From: Malacoraja senta
Lineage: Eukaryota
Assembly: GCA_038087875.1 (NCBI GenBank)
Contig: CM075978.1
Span: forward strand, 41,726,001-41,790,000
Direction of reading: 5' to 3'
Length of the DNA: 64,000 nucleotides
Numbering within the stretch: the stretch's first letter is position 1; every line of letters starts with the position of its first letter. A model generated the notes under the pieces. That model did not search any database. It was not told where the DNA came from and worked only from the letters and a program-made list of their open reading frames with translations. Shown here piece after piece: positions 26,251 through 38,696 of this stretch. A program made the position numbers and the translations under genes.

Positions 26251-27693
26251 CACACAAACAAAAACCTTTCCAGTGAGTTTCCAGACACCATTTAATTAAA
26301 GTCTTAGTTGTGTGCATATAGTTATGTACAGAATATAATATGGCATTTAAATTAGTAGAAAACATTACTGCTTATAAAAGTTCAACTGAAAAAGGGAGAT
26401 ATTCTTAATATATTTTCCCTCAGTAATAAAACATTTGGATTGTGAGAGTTTTCCTAATTTAAAAAAATGCATACCAGGATCAACATTACTTGTCAGATTT
26501 TTTTGTTTCATAACTTGAAATGTTTATTTATTTAGTTCCCCTTAACAACTCAATATCATTGCTAAGCAACGCTTTATATTATCAATACATTACAAGTCTA
26601 GAAACCATCTATTGGGACACACCCATAATACTTCTTTTTTAACATTACTTCAGCAACAAGACTAAAATGGAATTGACATAATGTAGTAACAAATTGCTGA
26701 AGAGATTTCATTTAAGAGCATCCTGAAGAAAGCACTCATCTATCAATAAGGTTGGGTGTTATAAAATGTATTATGGTCCTCCCAGTTTATAGTGAATCTA
26801 TTCCTCAGGCAACATCTGTCAATTACAGAAAACTTAACAATTCCAGTGATGCACATATTTAACAACTTCTAATGTATACCTGTGAATACCATGAGTTTAC
26901 TATTAACTGTTGGAATTTTTAATCTGTTAAATATAAGGTGATCTCTGTAGCCTAATTAGAAGAGAAAGATCAGAAATTGCAAGGTGATGTTCATTTTTAA
27001 CATTCAAAATCAGAATGAACCACATCTTGAATTACATGATGCTGTCATAATTGCAAATATCATCCCTTATTTTATTTAAATATATTTATGTATAAAGGTA
27101 TGCGTTTTTTAACCAGCTTTCAGCTCATTGATAATGAAGTAACACAAAGTATACAATGTGGAACCACAAACAATATTGTGAAGTACTGCAATTATAGAGA
27201 GCCTGTTGTCAACAGAATAATAGGTTGTGATATGGTTAAAAGGTCCTTACTCTGTTAAAATAGCATGTAAAATTGATGGCTGAAAACGTGAAACTGAATG
27301 CAGTTGTTTTATAAGTGATCTGGATAATGGTGGCAGGATAAAAATAATCATGTCACTAAATTTTTTAAAAGACTAACAGATCTCCCATACTATGTTCAAA
27401 TTATGTTGAATAATAGAAATGTTTTAAAGGTCAGAACTACCTCACCACAAAGTGTAAAACTTTGCTATTAAAGTGGAGCCTGCAAGTGGCAAGTGGTATT
27501 CTGAAATATACATTACTTCTACAGCTGCCAGCGTTTTCAAATATTGCTCCATGCACAGTGAGAGGGCATTCAGCCATACTTCAAGAATACAACAGAATGT
27601 GCACCCTGAGAATATTGCCAAAGGGAAGTTAAGAAACCCATCGTCACACAGACTGAATTGTCCATAAATAATCTGGTTGCTGATAGAAATAAT

Positions 27694-27990
27694 TTAGTTT
27701 AGTTTAGAGATACAGCGCGGAAACTGTCCCTTCATCCCACTGAGACAATGCCGACCAGCAATCACCCATACACTAGTTCCATCCTACACATTAGGGACAA
27801 TTTACACAGTCCAATTAACATACAAACCTGCACGTCTTTGGAATGTGGGTGGAAACCGGAGCACCCGGAGAAAACCCACATGGTCACAGGAAGAATGTGC
27901 AAGCTCTATACAGACAGCTCCGGCAGTCAGGATCGAATGCCAGGTCTCTGGCGCAATAAGGCAGCAGCTCTACCACTGCGTCACTGTGCC
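27694..27990 (-). mobile_element. SINE (HE1/V-SINE-like)
   Basis: Full-length copy with a (TAAAC)n-type tail. Confidence 0.8.
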
Positions 27991-28019
27991 GATCCTTTTT
28001 ATATGGAGCCGACTAGTGT

Positions 28020-28047
28020 CTGAAGAAGGGTCTTGACCCGAAACGTC
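28020..28047 (+). ncRNA. Minimal hammerhead-ribozyme-like core in a Penelope-derived repeat (28018-28112)
   Basis: CTGAAGA-A-GGGTC(TT)GACCC-GAAA-CGTC: both catalytic boxes, 5-bp stem II, palindromic ACGT stem III and a GUC triplet. Stem I is weak. Confidence 0.6.
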
Positions 28048-29305
28048 ATCCATTCCTTCTCTCCAGAAATGCTGCCTGTCCCGCTGAGTTACTCCAGCAT
28101 TTTGTGTCTATTTAGTGTTTAAATAATCTGGACAAATAATCTGAAGATGGGTCCCGATTGAAATGTCATCTATCCATGCTCTCCAGAGATGTTGCCTGAC
28201 CTGCTGAGTTACTCCTGCCCTTTGTGTCCTGCTGACATCTGAAGATTATCAGTTTAGGGCAAAAATATGGTTGAGGATGTGAGTACCATGTTTCCTTGTT
28301 TTTGCTTGCAGTGTCAAAATTGGGCTGCTCTGAAATGTATTTGCACAGAACATGGAGGGTGTGTCTATTAATTGGATAACAGGTCACTGTGGACTCGCTT
28401 ATTTGATGTCAAAGAGCCACAGTGCAAACTTGTTTGAATCTGGATATCACGGAGGGATTTAGTCACCCAACTTTTATCAACCTGCTATCGAACCTCAACG
28501 TACATCTTTAACAGGCACTGCTTGCCTTAATAACACAAAACATTAAAAACGTCTAAAATAAAACAAAAGGTACAGATGGTAGCCTGCAATGATCAAAAAC
28601 AACCTGAGGTTTTACAGAGTATAACTGTTATTTATTGTGAAATTTTAGACATTGAAATGTGTTTCACATGGCAGTGCAGAAGCACCAAGTATTTTAGAGC
28701 CATTCTGTATCAAAAACAAAACGTGACAGCATTCAGGTAGCAGATTTAATACTTCAAAATGGACAGATGTCAATATGTATTTCACTTTGGTCCTAATTAT
28801 TTGTGTTCAGACATCAAGAGCTGGACAGCATGGAAATGGACACTTCAGCCCAACATGTCCATGCCGACCTTTTTGCTCATCTATGCTGCAGTAATCCCTC
28901 CTGGGCTCATTACAGCTAAATCCTTCCATACTTTATCTCTGTATATGATCATTTATTCAAACAAAAAAACAGGGCCTTAGTATAAGGTACCAGTTTTGGG
29001 GAAATAATTCTTAGCAGGAATTGGTGAATATTTATAAATTTAGCAACCATTAACATAAATGCTGAATTCATTAACAATATTTCAAATTCGGGAAAGGGGA
29101 AGAAATTATAAAATGAAATTATGAAATGACATTGACTTTTTAAGTTTCTGCTAAACAATTCCGTGTATGTGGAACTTGTTATAGATATGACTATAGTTAT
29201 TTCTAAATCCTGAATGTAAGGTGATGAATTAAGCTATACAGGTACACAAAAATGCTGGAGAAACTCAGCGGGTGCAGCAGCATCTATGGAGCGAAGGAAA
29301 TAGGT

Positions 29306-29333
29306 AACGTTTCGGGCTGAAACCCTTCTTCAG
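29306..29333 (-). ncRNA. Minimal hammerhead-like core of a second Penelope-derived subfamily (repeat 29243-29333)
   Basis: Minus strand reads CTGAAGA-A-GGGTT(TC)AGCCC-GAAA-CGTT. The stem II sequence differs but pairing is kept. Confidence 0.5.
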
Positions 29334-29419
29334 GATGTTGATTCTGTGCTAATTGTGAACAATCTATTTCCCAAAAAACAGCAGAGGACCAATAGCCTTT
29401 CAGACAGTGAACCGGTTTA

Positions 29420-29720
29420 ATTTAGTTTAGAGATACCGCTCGGAAACAGTTCCTTCGGCCCACTGAGGCAGTGTTGACCAGCGATCTCCATACCATAGCA
29501 CTATCCTATACACTAGGGACAATTTACAATTTTTACCAAAGCCAAATTAACCTACAGACCTGTATGTCTTTGGTGTGCGGGGGGAAACTGGAGCACCCGT
29601 GGAAAACCCACATGGTCACACGGAGAATGTACAAACTCTGTACAGACAGCACCCATAGTCAGGATCAAACCCAGGTCTCTGGCGCTGTAAGGCAGCAACT
29701 CTACTGCTACACCACTGTGC
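29420..29720 (-). mobile_element. SINE (HE1/V-SINE-like)
   Basis: Full-length copy. Confidence 0.8.
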
Positions 29721-30104
29721 ATGGTTGCATGGATTAAAAAAGAGGGTTCCCTACTATTTGTTGTGGTAAACAATCATGGAAAAATACACTTTTGTTTTAG
29801 AGTGACATTTTCTCATTGAATGACTCCACTGTGATTTAAATTCAATCTGGACATCCAGTGCTGTTTGTGCGGAGTACTCACATTCTACCTGTGATAATGG
29901 TTCCACATCCCAAAGACTGGAGAGGAAGTTTGGCCAATGTAAATTGCTCCTGGTGTAAATTGGTGAATGGTAAAATATGGAGGGGGCTGGTGGTGGGGAA
30001 GTTGATGGGAATATGAGGAGAATAAAATGGGCTTAGTGTAGGATTGGCTATTCGATGGAGTCAATGGGCTGAAAAAACTGTTTTCATACTGTATGTAAAA
30101 ACAA

Positions 30105-30292
30105 AGAACTGCAGATGCTGGTTAATACACAAAAGGACACAAAGTGCTGGAGTAACTCAGCAGATCAGGCAGCATCTCTGGAGAACATGGATAGGTGAAG
30201 TTTCAGGTCCTGACCCAAAACGTCACCTATCAATCCATGTTCTCCAGAGATGCTGCTTGACCTGCTGAGTTACTCCATCACTTTGTGTATTT
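30105..30292. repeat. Head-to-head palindromic pair of Penelope-derived repeats
   Basis: Inverted arms around ~30205. Confidence 0.8.
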
Positions 30293-31507
30293 TTGTCCAT
30301 ACTGTACGGCTCTGTAATTCTCTTTCCTCGTGGATACAGACTGTTTATCACAAGATACTGAAACAGTGATGCCTGTCCTATTGGGACTGAAATTACAATT
30401 AGATTAAAAAGTAGTTGTGGATTCCATTAGGTCTTTTTCAAACAAGTATATGTCATTGATGATTGCACACAGCAGTTATCAAAACTCCTTTTTGACACTC
30501 CTTTCAGAAAAAAGAACCCCCTATTAGTATTTAACAAGTCCTGTTAAAGGCATTATTACATGTTTTGGGGGCAAAAGTACTCTGTTCAAAGGCATTAACG
30601 TGATGTTTGTTCCATTATAGTCTAATAGTTTGCAGAGAAAGTACTGGTGATTGCAAGGTTGGGAATCTCTCGCAGAAGTCGCCCTTTTCTCAATTACTTG
30701 CTCAGCATGAAAACTTGGTGCACACCACTGCCACTCATTTGCTACTGCCTTCCTTTCCCACTGCTTACTAATCATGCTGCGTTACCCCTTTCCCAAGCCC
30801 AGCAGACATCTTGTGTCCACCTCAGGAGTCATCATTGTTTGCTCAAGAACCAATGAACAAATCATCACCAAACAGCCCGCAGAGTCTGACGGTGGTGCAG
30901 CGGTAGAGTTGCTGCCTTGCAGTGTCAGAGACCCGGGTTCAATCCTGACTAAGGGTGCTGTCTGTACCATATGGTCACAGGAAGAATGTACAAACTCCAT
31001 ATAAATTTCATATCCCATAATGAGGGCCTAAACAAAAGCTTCACCTAACTTGGGTAAAATGCATTTTAGCATTTGAGTAAGCTTCAAAGTGCAATAAACA
31101 GGGGAAAGCAATGAATCTGCTTCCTATCAGTCAATGGCAGGACAGGTATAGGCATAAATCTGCATGTTTCTCCTGTCGGGGAGCAGATGAGCAATGGGCT
31201 GCGGGTTTGTGCATGGACAGCTGGTTTGGTGATTTCCCGGTTATTGGACACTAGGTCACCAGTTGTCCCCTCAATCATACTGCTCACCCCACCTCATTTC
31301 CTGCATTGCATGAGAAACTCTGGGATGCAAGTTTGGAAGGGTCATCAATTTTGTGGCTTTATAGACAGTCAGAGATTTCCACCCCACCTGCTTTTCTTCA
31401 TTCAAATTTCCGATCAAAGGTCCCGGATGTGAAACATTAACTGTTCTCCTTTCTACAGATGCTGCCTGACATGCTAGGTGTTTCCAACATTTATTATGTT
31501 CATATTA

Positions 31508-31885
31508 TGAGGGGGGACCTCATTGAAACTCACCGAATAGTGAAAGGCCTGGATATAGTGAATGTGGAGAGGATGTTTCCACTAGTGGGAGAGTCTAGGA
31601 CCAGAGACCATAGCCTAAGAATAAAATGATGTACCTTTAGAACGGAGATGAGGAGGAATTTCTTTAGTCAAAGGGTGGTGAATCTGTGGAATTCATTGCC
31701 ACAGACACTGTCAATGGATATTTTTAAGGTGGAGATTGACAGATTCTTAATCAGTAATGGTGTCAGGGGTTATGGGGAAAAGGCAGGAAAATGGGGTTGA
31801 GAAGGAAAAATAGATCAGCCATGAATGAATTGTGGAGTACACTTAATGGGCCGAATGGACTAATTTTGCTCCTATAACTTATGAA
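31508..31885 (+). mobile_element. CR1-like LINE 3' fragment
   Basis: Decayed RGDLIE...RRNFFSQRVVNLWNSLP ORF end and tail. Confidence 0.75.
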
Positions 31886-32104
31886 ATTATATTAGTGCCC
31901 ATAGTATTTTGAATTTCCATCCTATTGCTGGTGTAACAAGGGGAATATGCCAGTGCTGTGTAAAAGCAGTATGAAGAACTTACATACAACATGCAGAAGT
32001 ACAGCACAGGAATAGGCCCTTCGGCCCATAACTTTAGTGCCGAACATGTTACCAAGATAAACTAATCACATCTGCCTGTACATGATCCAGATCCCAACAT
32101 TCCC

Positions 32105-32651
32105 AGAGCGGGTGTGAGAGAGAGCGGGTGGGAGAGATTGGGTGTGAGAGAGAGCGGGTGGGAGAGAGAGCGGGTGGGAGAGAGCGGGTGTGAGAGAGGG
32201 TGAGAGAGCGAGTGAGAGAGCGAGTGAGAGAGTGGATGTGCGAGAGCGGGTGTGAGAGAGAGCGGGTGTGAAAGAGAGCGAGTGTATGAGAGAGCGGGTG
32301 TGCGAGAGAGCGTGGGTGCGAAAGAGAGTGGGTGTGAAAGAGAGCGGGTGTGCGAGAGAGCGGGTGTGAGAGAGAGCGGGTGTGAAAGAGAGTGGGTGTG
32401 AAAGAGAGCGGGTGTGCGAGAAAGTGGGTGTGAGAGAGAGTGGGTGTGAGAGAGAGTGGGTGTGAGAGAGAGCGGGTGTGAAAGAGAGTGGGTGTGAAAG
32501 AGAGCGAGTGTGTGAGAGAGCGGGTGTGCGAGAGAGCATGGGTGTGAAAGAGAGCGGGTGTGAGAGAGAGTGGGTGTGAGAGAGAGTGGGTGTGAGAGAG
32601 AGTGGGTGTGAAAGAGAGCGGGTGTGAGAGAGAGTGGGTGTGAGAGAGAGC
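32105..32651 (+). repeat. ~14-bp minisatellite (GAGAGAGYGGGTGT)n
   Basis: About 39 degenerate units, directly visible. Confidence 0.95.
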
Positions 32652-33957
32652 TACAGACATTTGTGAATAGAAGGATAGGCTTACATAGAAGAGTATATTT
32701 ATGGAACACGATCAAAGGCGAGGGTTAGCAACACACGATTACTTCGGTGAGTGGGTTAACCTGTTGAAAACACTCAAATCCAGTTATAGATCATAGAAAG
32801 TGCAGCACAAGAACGGGCCCTTCGGACCACAATATTTCTCCAGAACACGATGCCACGTTAATCTGATTTTATCTGCCTGTACTTGATCCATATCCCTCTA
32901 TACCCTGCACTTCCATGTGCAAGTAATAGAAGGACATTATCTCCTCACTTTTATTGAATTTTACTTTATTAATTGTGAAGTAACAAGAGAAGATTTAAGA
33001 AAAATGAGTCAAATTCACCTTGTAGTTGCTGTATAATGGTGGGGATGGGATGGTTATCAGTCCTTGGGAGAATTTTCACATTCAACTTTACAGTTTTCAT
33101 TTTGTTTTGGTTATCTCCTTAATTTGAGTTTTGCATATCCCCGTAAACCCATTACTAGATTTTTTACCACTTCACCTACACAGAATTCCTAAATGTCTCA
33201 GGAAAGAGGAATGATAGAAGAAGCAGATGTGTATCATGTACACAGAAGCTATATCATTGTCCTGTAATGTTGTAATGTTATGCATGTACAATATTTTCCT
33301 GGATTTCATGAATTTCACACTGTATTTAACTTTGAATGAAGGTGCTTGCTGTCAGAATCCCATGACACTGTAAATGCCTTGTGGGAGCTGTATGATTTAT
33401 GTCTTGCATTAAAAAAAATATTTTGAAGTAAATATGAAACAGTAGCCCATGTATTATTCCACACATCTGACTACAGAAACCCCCCACATGAGTGAAGAAG
33501 AATAAAGCTAGCACTGAATGTGCCATGTTTTATGCTTAAATATGTTGTTTTTTGACTTTTTGAGTTTGTCTTGAACTTAATAGTTTATCATTCAGTCTGT
33601 ATATCACTTTTTGCCCTCAAGATATAAAATGCAAACGGTGTTCTGTGAAATAAAAGTCAGAGAAATCCAAATGATTACTGTCACGTACGTATTTTAGAGA
33701 ATTTGACAAGGTTTATTTATATTTAGGTTGAGCAGGCTGAGAATAACTTGTAACTACTGTGCCAATATTGGTGTATTATTTTGGATATCTCATTGATAAA
33801 CAAATGACAAAGAATATTTTTTTATCTATTCTGTCTACATTTCTACAAATTCTGCTTTGAATGCAGGCACATAGATATGAGGAAATGCCTTTGACTTCTG
33901 AAGCTGTATTTGGTGAACAGCAATGATTCTACACATGCCCGCACTCATGTACAACAT

Positions 33958-34270
33958 GCACACACACACACACACTAACATACACTCCATGAGGCAGACA
34001 GGAAAACTCACTCACATTCGCACACTCTCTCACTCACACACTCACACACACACTCGCTCACACACACACTCTCGGTCACACACACTCGCTCACACACACT
34101 CTCGCTCACACACACACTCACTCTCTCGCTCACACACACACTTACTCGCACACACACACTCTCACTCGCACACACACACTCTCACTCACACACATACACA
34201 CAGGCTCACACGCGCTCACACACTCTCACTCACATACACACTCTCGCATACACGCACTCACACACACACA
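33958..34270 (+). repeat. Compound (CA)n/(CT)n microsatellite
   Basis: Directly visible. Confidence 0.92.
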
Positions 34271-35457
34271 TAATCGTCCACCTACCCACCCACCCACCCA
34301 CCCCAGGGCCATCTCGTTCATGCTCCAGCCTGCATTGTGCTACCATAACTCAGCAAACCCACTGCAAACCAGACAGTTTTGAATTTCAGCTGGGACCTGG
34401 ACGACCTGTTAATGAAACTGCATAAGGGTAAAAACCTACAGTGTTGAGTTATGCCTGTGTTGCAAGCAGACTTGGAGTCAAAACGCTTCAAGCGTTAACG
34501 TAATTGCAAGAATGTGAAAAATGAAGCATCAAGCTCCTGAGCAAAGCAAAAGGTCAAGCCCGAGCCTCTCACAACACTGCTCTGTGGAAGATGGCCTCGT
34601 TTTACCATTTAATCAGCCTCATGCTCTGTTGTCTCCATAATTTTTTTAACCTATTAAAAAATTGCAATTAACTTAAAAAATTGCACTCTGTCTTCAATAA
34701 GTGACATTCACTAGCTTTCCATGTTAAAATATGATCTGTGGCATATATGAAAAACACTGCACTCAACCCAGAAGACAGTCAATAAGTGCTCAGCAGATTG
34801 CAGGTCACTTGAACTTATGCATGTAAAATAATCAATACTTCTCGAAGATTAGGTTTTCAGGATCTTCAGAAATGACACCGAAAACAAATGTATGGCACCC
34901 ATAAATACCAACTAGATAGGATTTTTTTTGTTCCTGCTTGCAGACCAAATTCAATTAAAACCACAGTTTTCCTTTATAATAGTGCTACAGTCGTACAGCA
35001 CTTATTAGTTTCCACATCATAGTGGCATTACCCTAATACTGCAATAATTCATATAACAAACTAGTCACTACCGACAGAGCAACATCAAACAACTGAGGCT
35101 TCTCTGGAAAGTGGATAATGTCACAAAATATATGGTACACTGTGACCTTTGCCTCTTGAATGGATTGGGTTTATTTATATGATCCAGAAAAAAACATTAT
35201 TCATATTAAAAGACAAAAGGCTGCAGCAGCACTCGTTACTGAACCTGTTACCACTGTTTCCATATTAACTGCCGTATCATTTCCTTCATGCAAGTTATGT
35301 CAGTAGTTTAAAGAAATTGTTTTCACTGACAGCTTCTCTGCTGTTATGTACCCAACCCCTCTGATATTGATGTTGGTTTTACGATGCACGCGGTCGTGGG
35401 AACCTGTGGTTTGTTTAGTCATGCCTCTGATGATCAAGGAAAGAATTCACCTCTTAC

Positions 35458-35575
35458 CCTGCTCGCTGCTGTTGTCCCCACTTTGGGAAGCATGTCCCCC
35501 ACTGGAAGGTCCCGGTGTGCCTGCGGAGTGTGTGGAAGTAGCGTCATCGTGGTCTCTATTCCAAGATGATGGGTT
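35458..35575 (-). CDS. meis2: Meis2 exon 7 ([40 protein letters not shown])
   Basis: 118 nt, atcag acceptor and gtaaga donor, phase-1 end as in other Meis genes. The next exon (GDGLDNS...KKRGIFPK) was not found in 1-35457. Confidence 0.95.
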
Positions 35576-35822
35576 CTGATACGAGATATCCACCAAAGGA
35601 TGTTTCCAGGTGGTATTCCCAAAGCAAGTGCAGAACACCAGAGAACAAAGAAAGGAAATAAATTAGCAACACAAAAGTACAAGCAAAATGATAATTTTTC
35701 TAAATGGAATTCATTTCCTTAATGACATCTTCCTATTGTTCAGGCAAGATTAACAATATACTAATATGAAAATTAGGCTGATCTTCAAGGACCATTGTCG
35801 TCAGTATTGTTTTATTATAAAT

Positions 35823-36125
35823 GGGGTGGCACAGTAGCGCAGCAGTAGAGTTGGTGTCTTACAGCACCAGAGACCCGGGTTTGATCCTGACCACGGGTGC
35901 TGTCTGCATGGAGTTTGTAAGTTCTCCCTGTGACCGCATGGGTTTTCTCCGGGTGCTCCGGTTTCATCCCATACTCCAAAGACGTACAGGTTTGTAGGTT
36001 AATTGGCTTTGGTTAAGTTGTATATTATCCCTAGAGTGCTAGCGCACGAGGTGATTGCTGGTCGCTGCGGACTTGGTGGGCTGAAGAACCTGTTTCCAGG
36101 CTGTATATCCAAAGTCTAAAAATCT
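35823..36125 (+). mobile_element. SINE (HE1/V-SINE-like), plus strand
   Basis: A-box-like TAGCGCAGCAG, B-box-like GGTTTGATCC, central core and tail. Confidence 0.82.
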
Positions 36126-38346
36126 AATAATATTTTGTGTTATCTTTGCACTAAATGTTATACCCTGTATCTTTTACCCGTGCACTGGCTAATTGTATTC
36201 ATGTATAGTCTTTTCTCTGATTGGATAGCATGCAAACAAACAAAAGCTTTTCACTGTACCTTATTACACATAATAATAAACTAAACTAAACAATATTTTG
36301 TTGTAAAACTTAACTAGGGGTTATAGAGTCTTTACCGCTGCATTAAAAGGCAGGTATAATATTAAAACCATGCAAGATATTCACTTTTACTTGTTCTTTT
36401 CCATTTTGTGATGTGGAGGTATACAGTTTATATATTAGAGCCATGATTAATTAGACTGAATACCACAGCTTACTGCTGCACTGCAGAATGTTAGCTCCTC
36501 CTGCCCCCCTCCCCTTTCCTGGTTCTTCATAAAGCCATGCCTCTACTTAAAGGAAAACAGGGTTTCTACTGTACGGGAAGGACTTTATCAGCACCACATG
36601 AAGGCAGGGAAAAGATGGAATTTCCTTTCACAGACCAAAAAAAAAGAGAAAAATGACACGTGATAAAGATCAGCCTTTGGGCTGGATCTGTAAAACTCAA
36701 CACCTGCACACTATCATCATTGCCAACAGGCACTTCGACTTGTGAGACAGCCCGATGTGTACAAGGCCTACAGTTAAAAAGAATGTTGCGGTGCAACGTG
36801 AATAAAATAATTAGACAAAACAGTTCAAGTCATAAAAATATAAATACTGGTTTTCTTTAAAACAAAAAGGCAAGCTACAAAGAGCCGACACTAACAGCTC
36901 CAAATCAAACACAGAATAAAGTGTAAATCTCAAATCAATAATTTTACCATTGTGCAGACGATGGTGGAAATAAAAACCAGATGAATCTGCAAAAGGATGA
37001 ATGTTGACTAGACACAGAGCAGCTCAACCACAGCAACAAATTAATGCAGACCGTAAAATAAAAGCAGTACTGTTGCAAATTGTGGATCTGCAGCAACCTC
37101 AGCCTGGATTCTGGAGGGTTGATGACCAAGAGAGTCCCTTTTATCTCTAAGCTAGGAAACCACTCAAGCAGCTTTGAGCTCAAGGCAAACAGTAGGCAAG
37201 AACTCTTCAGGCCGCTGCAGACTCTTAGCGTCAGCTGTTTGCCGGATGGTAATCAGATAGAGAGCTATGAGAATGAAGTGAAAAAGAAGGAGACAATAGC
37301 CCTGCGTGAATCTGGTTCAGTAACAACGCAGAGCTAGAACCTTCCTGTAGAAACAAGACAAATGTAACGCGTTCACCTTGGTGATGGTTTAAAGGGGTGC
37401 ACAAAGTGCATCTAATTTTGTGCACTGGCAGTTCTCTTAGGTTACTCTTGCTATCACTCTTTAACACAGATACAAAGATTATATTTGCAACTCAATAACA
37501 TTTCTTCTATATTCCATTCCAAATTTGAACAGAAACAAATTAAGGTGTTATTGTCAATGGTTTAGTTAGTTAGTTTAATAGTTAAGTTTAACAGATGCAA
37601 TGTAAACAAACATAAAGAATAATATTTATTGTAAAACTGGAAATACTTATTTCAGAACAGATATCTTCACACACCAGTCTGAACGGTGGTCTTATCATCA
37701 GTGTGCATCCTATCCCCCTTTCCTACATTACACAATGGCAATGGCTGCATTACTACCAAGCACAACATACAAACAAAAGGGATACAACAAACATGGAATG
37801 ATTCCAAGCATTTGCAAATAGCAGGCTACAATGATTCACACCACTACCAATACATTTCCCACCATCTCCATCACATCCCCTCCAAACGCATTCCTAATTG
37901 AGTTAACAAGAGTTAAAGAGAGAATGCCTTGCTGAAGAGTGAATGCAGCGCAATAATAGGAGCGCAAAAATAGATACAAGAAGCTATGTCTCCAGGGATA
38001 GTATTTTCTATTTGCTGGTCTACAGACTCACAGCTGATAATGCAAGTTGTAATTAATATAAAAGCAGGAGACAATATGGGTAAAGCTTGTACTGGCTGGG
38101 CCACAGGAGAACATTTTACCACCATACAGTCCCTCTCATTTACACATCCTATCTTCCGTAGCAAATGAAATTTTGCCACTGTTTTCCCTCTTAGAAGCCT
38201 GAAACAGATTTAGCACAGACACTTAATTTTGCTGCGGGAAAATGTTAAAAGAAAATTAGAATAAGAACAGAGACAGAGAGAATGGATATCAAAGGGACTC
38301 AGAATGAGCATGATAGAGAGAAAGAGAAAGACATAAAGAAATAAAG

Positions 38347-38696
38347 NNNNNNNNNNNNNNNNNNNNNNNNNNNNNNNNNNNNNNNNNNNNNNNNNNNNNN
38401 NNNNNNNNNNNNNNNNNNNNNNNNNNNNNNNNNNNNNNNNNNNNNNNNNNNNNNNNNNNNNNNNNNNNNNNNNNNNNNNNNNNNNNNNNNNNNNNNNNNN
38501 NNNNNNNNNNNNNNNNNNNNNNNNNNNNNNNNNNNNNNNNNNNNNNNNNNNNNNNNNNNNNNNNNNNNNNNNNNNNNNNNNNNNNNNNNNNNNNNNNNNN
38601 NNNNNNNNNNNNNNNNNNNNNNNNNNNNNNNNNNNNNNNNNNNNNNNNNNNNNNNNNNNNNNNNNNNNNNNNNNNNNNNNNNNNNNNNNNNNNNNN
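38347..38696. other. Assembly gap (350 N) in intron 6
   Basis: Run of N flanked by GA-rich sequence. Confidence 1.

Noticed and set aside
32049-32715. 157-217 aa His/Thr/Leu/Ser repeat ORFs; CRISPR-like periodicity
   Set aside because: A 14-bp minisatellite with no unique spacers and no cas genes, in a eukaryotic context.
33923-34273. His/Thr-rich ORF
   Set aside because: CA/CT microsatellite translation.
1-35457. Meis2 exon 8 / homeodomain
   Set aside because: No GDGLDNS/KKRGIFPK/WLFQHL coding sequence seen on the minus strand by eye or in the ORF track; presumably beyond position 1.
35823-35895. tRNA gene
   Set aside because: A/B boxes belong to SINE heads repeated many times in the window; no complete cloverleaf.
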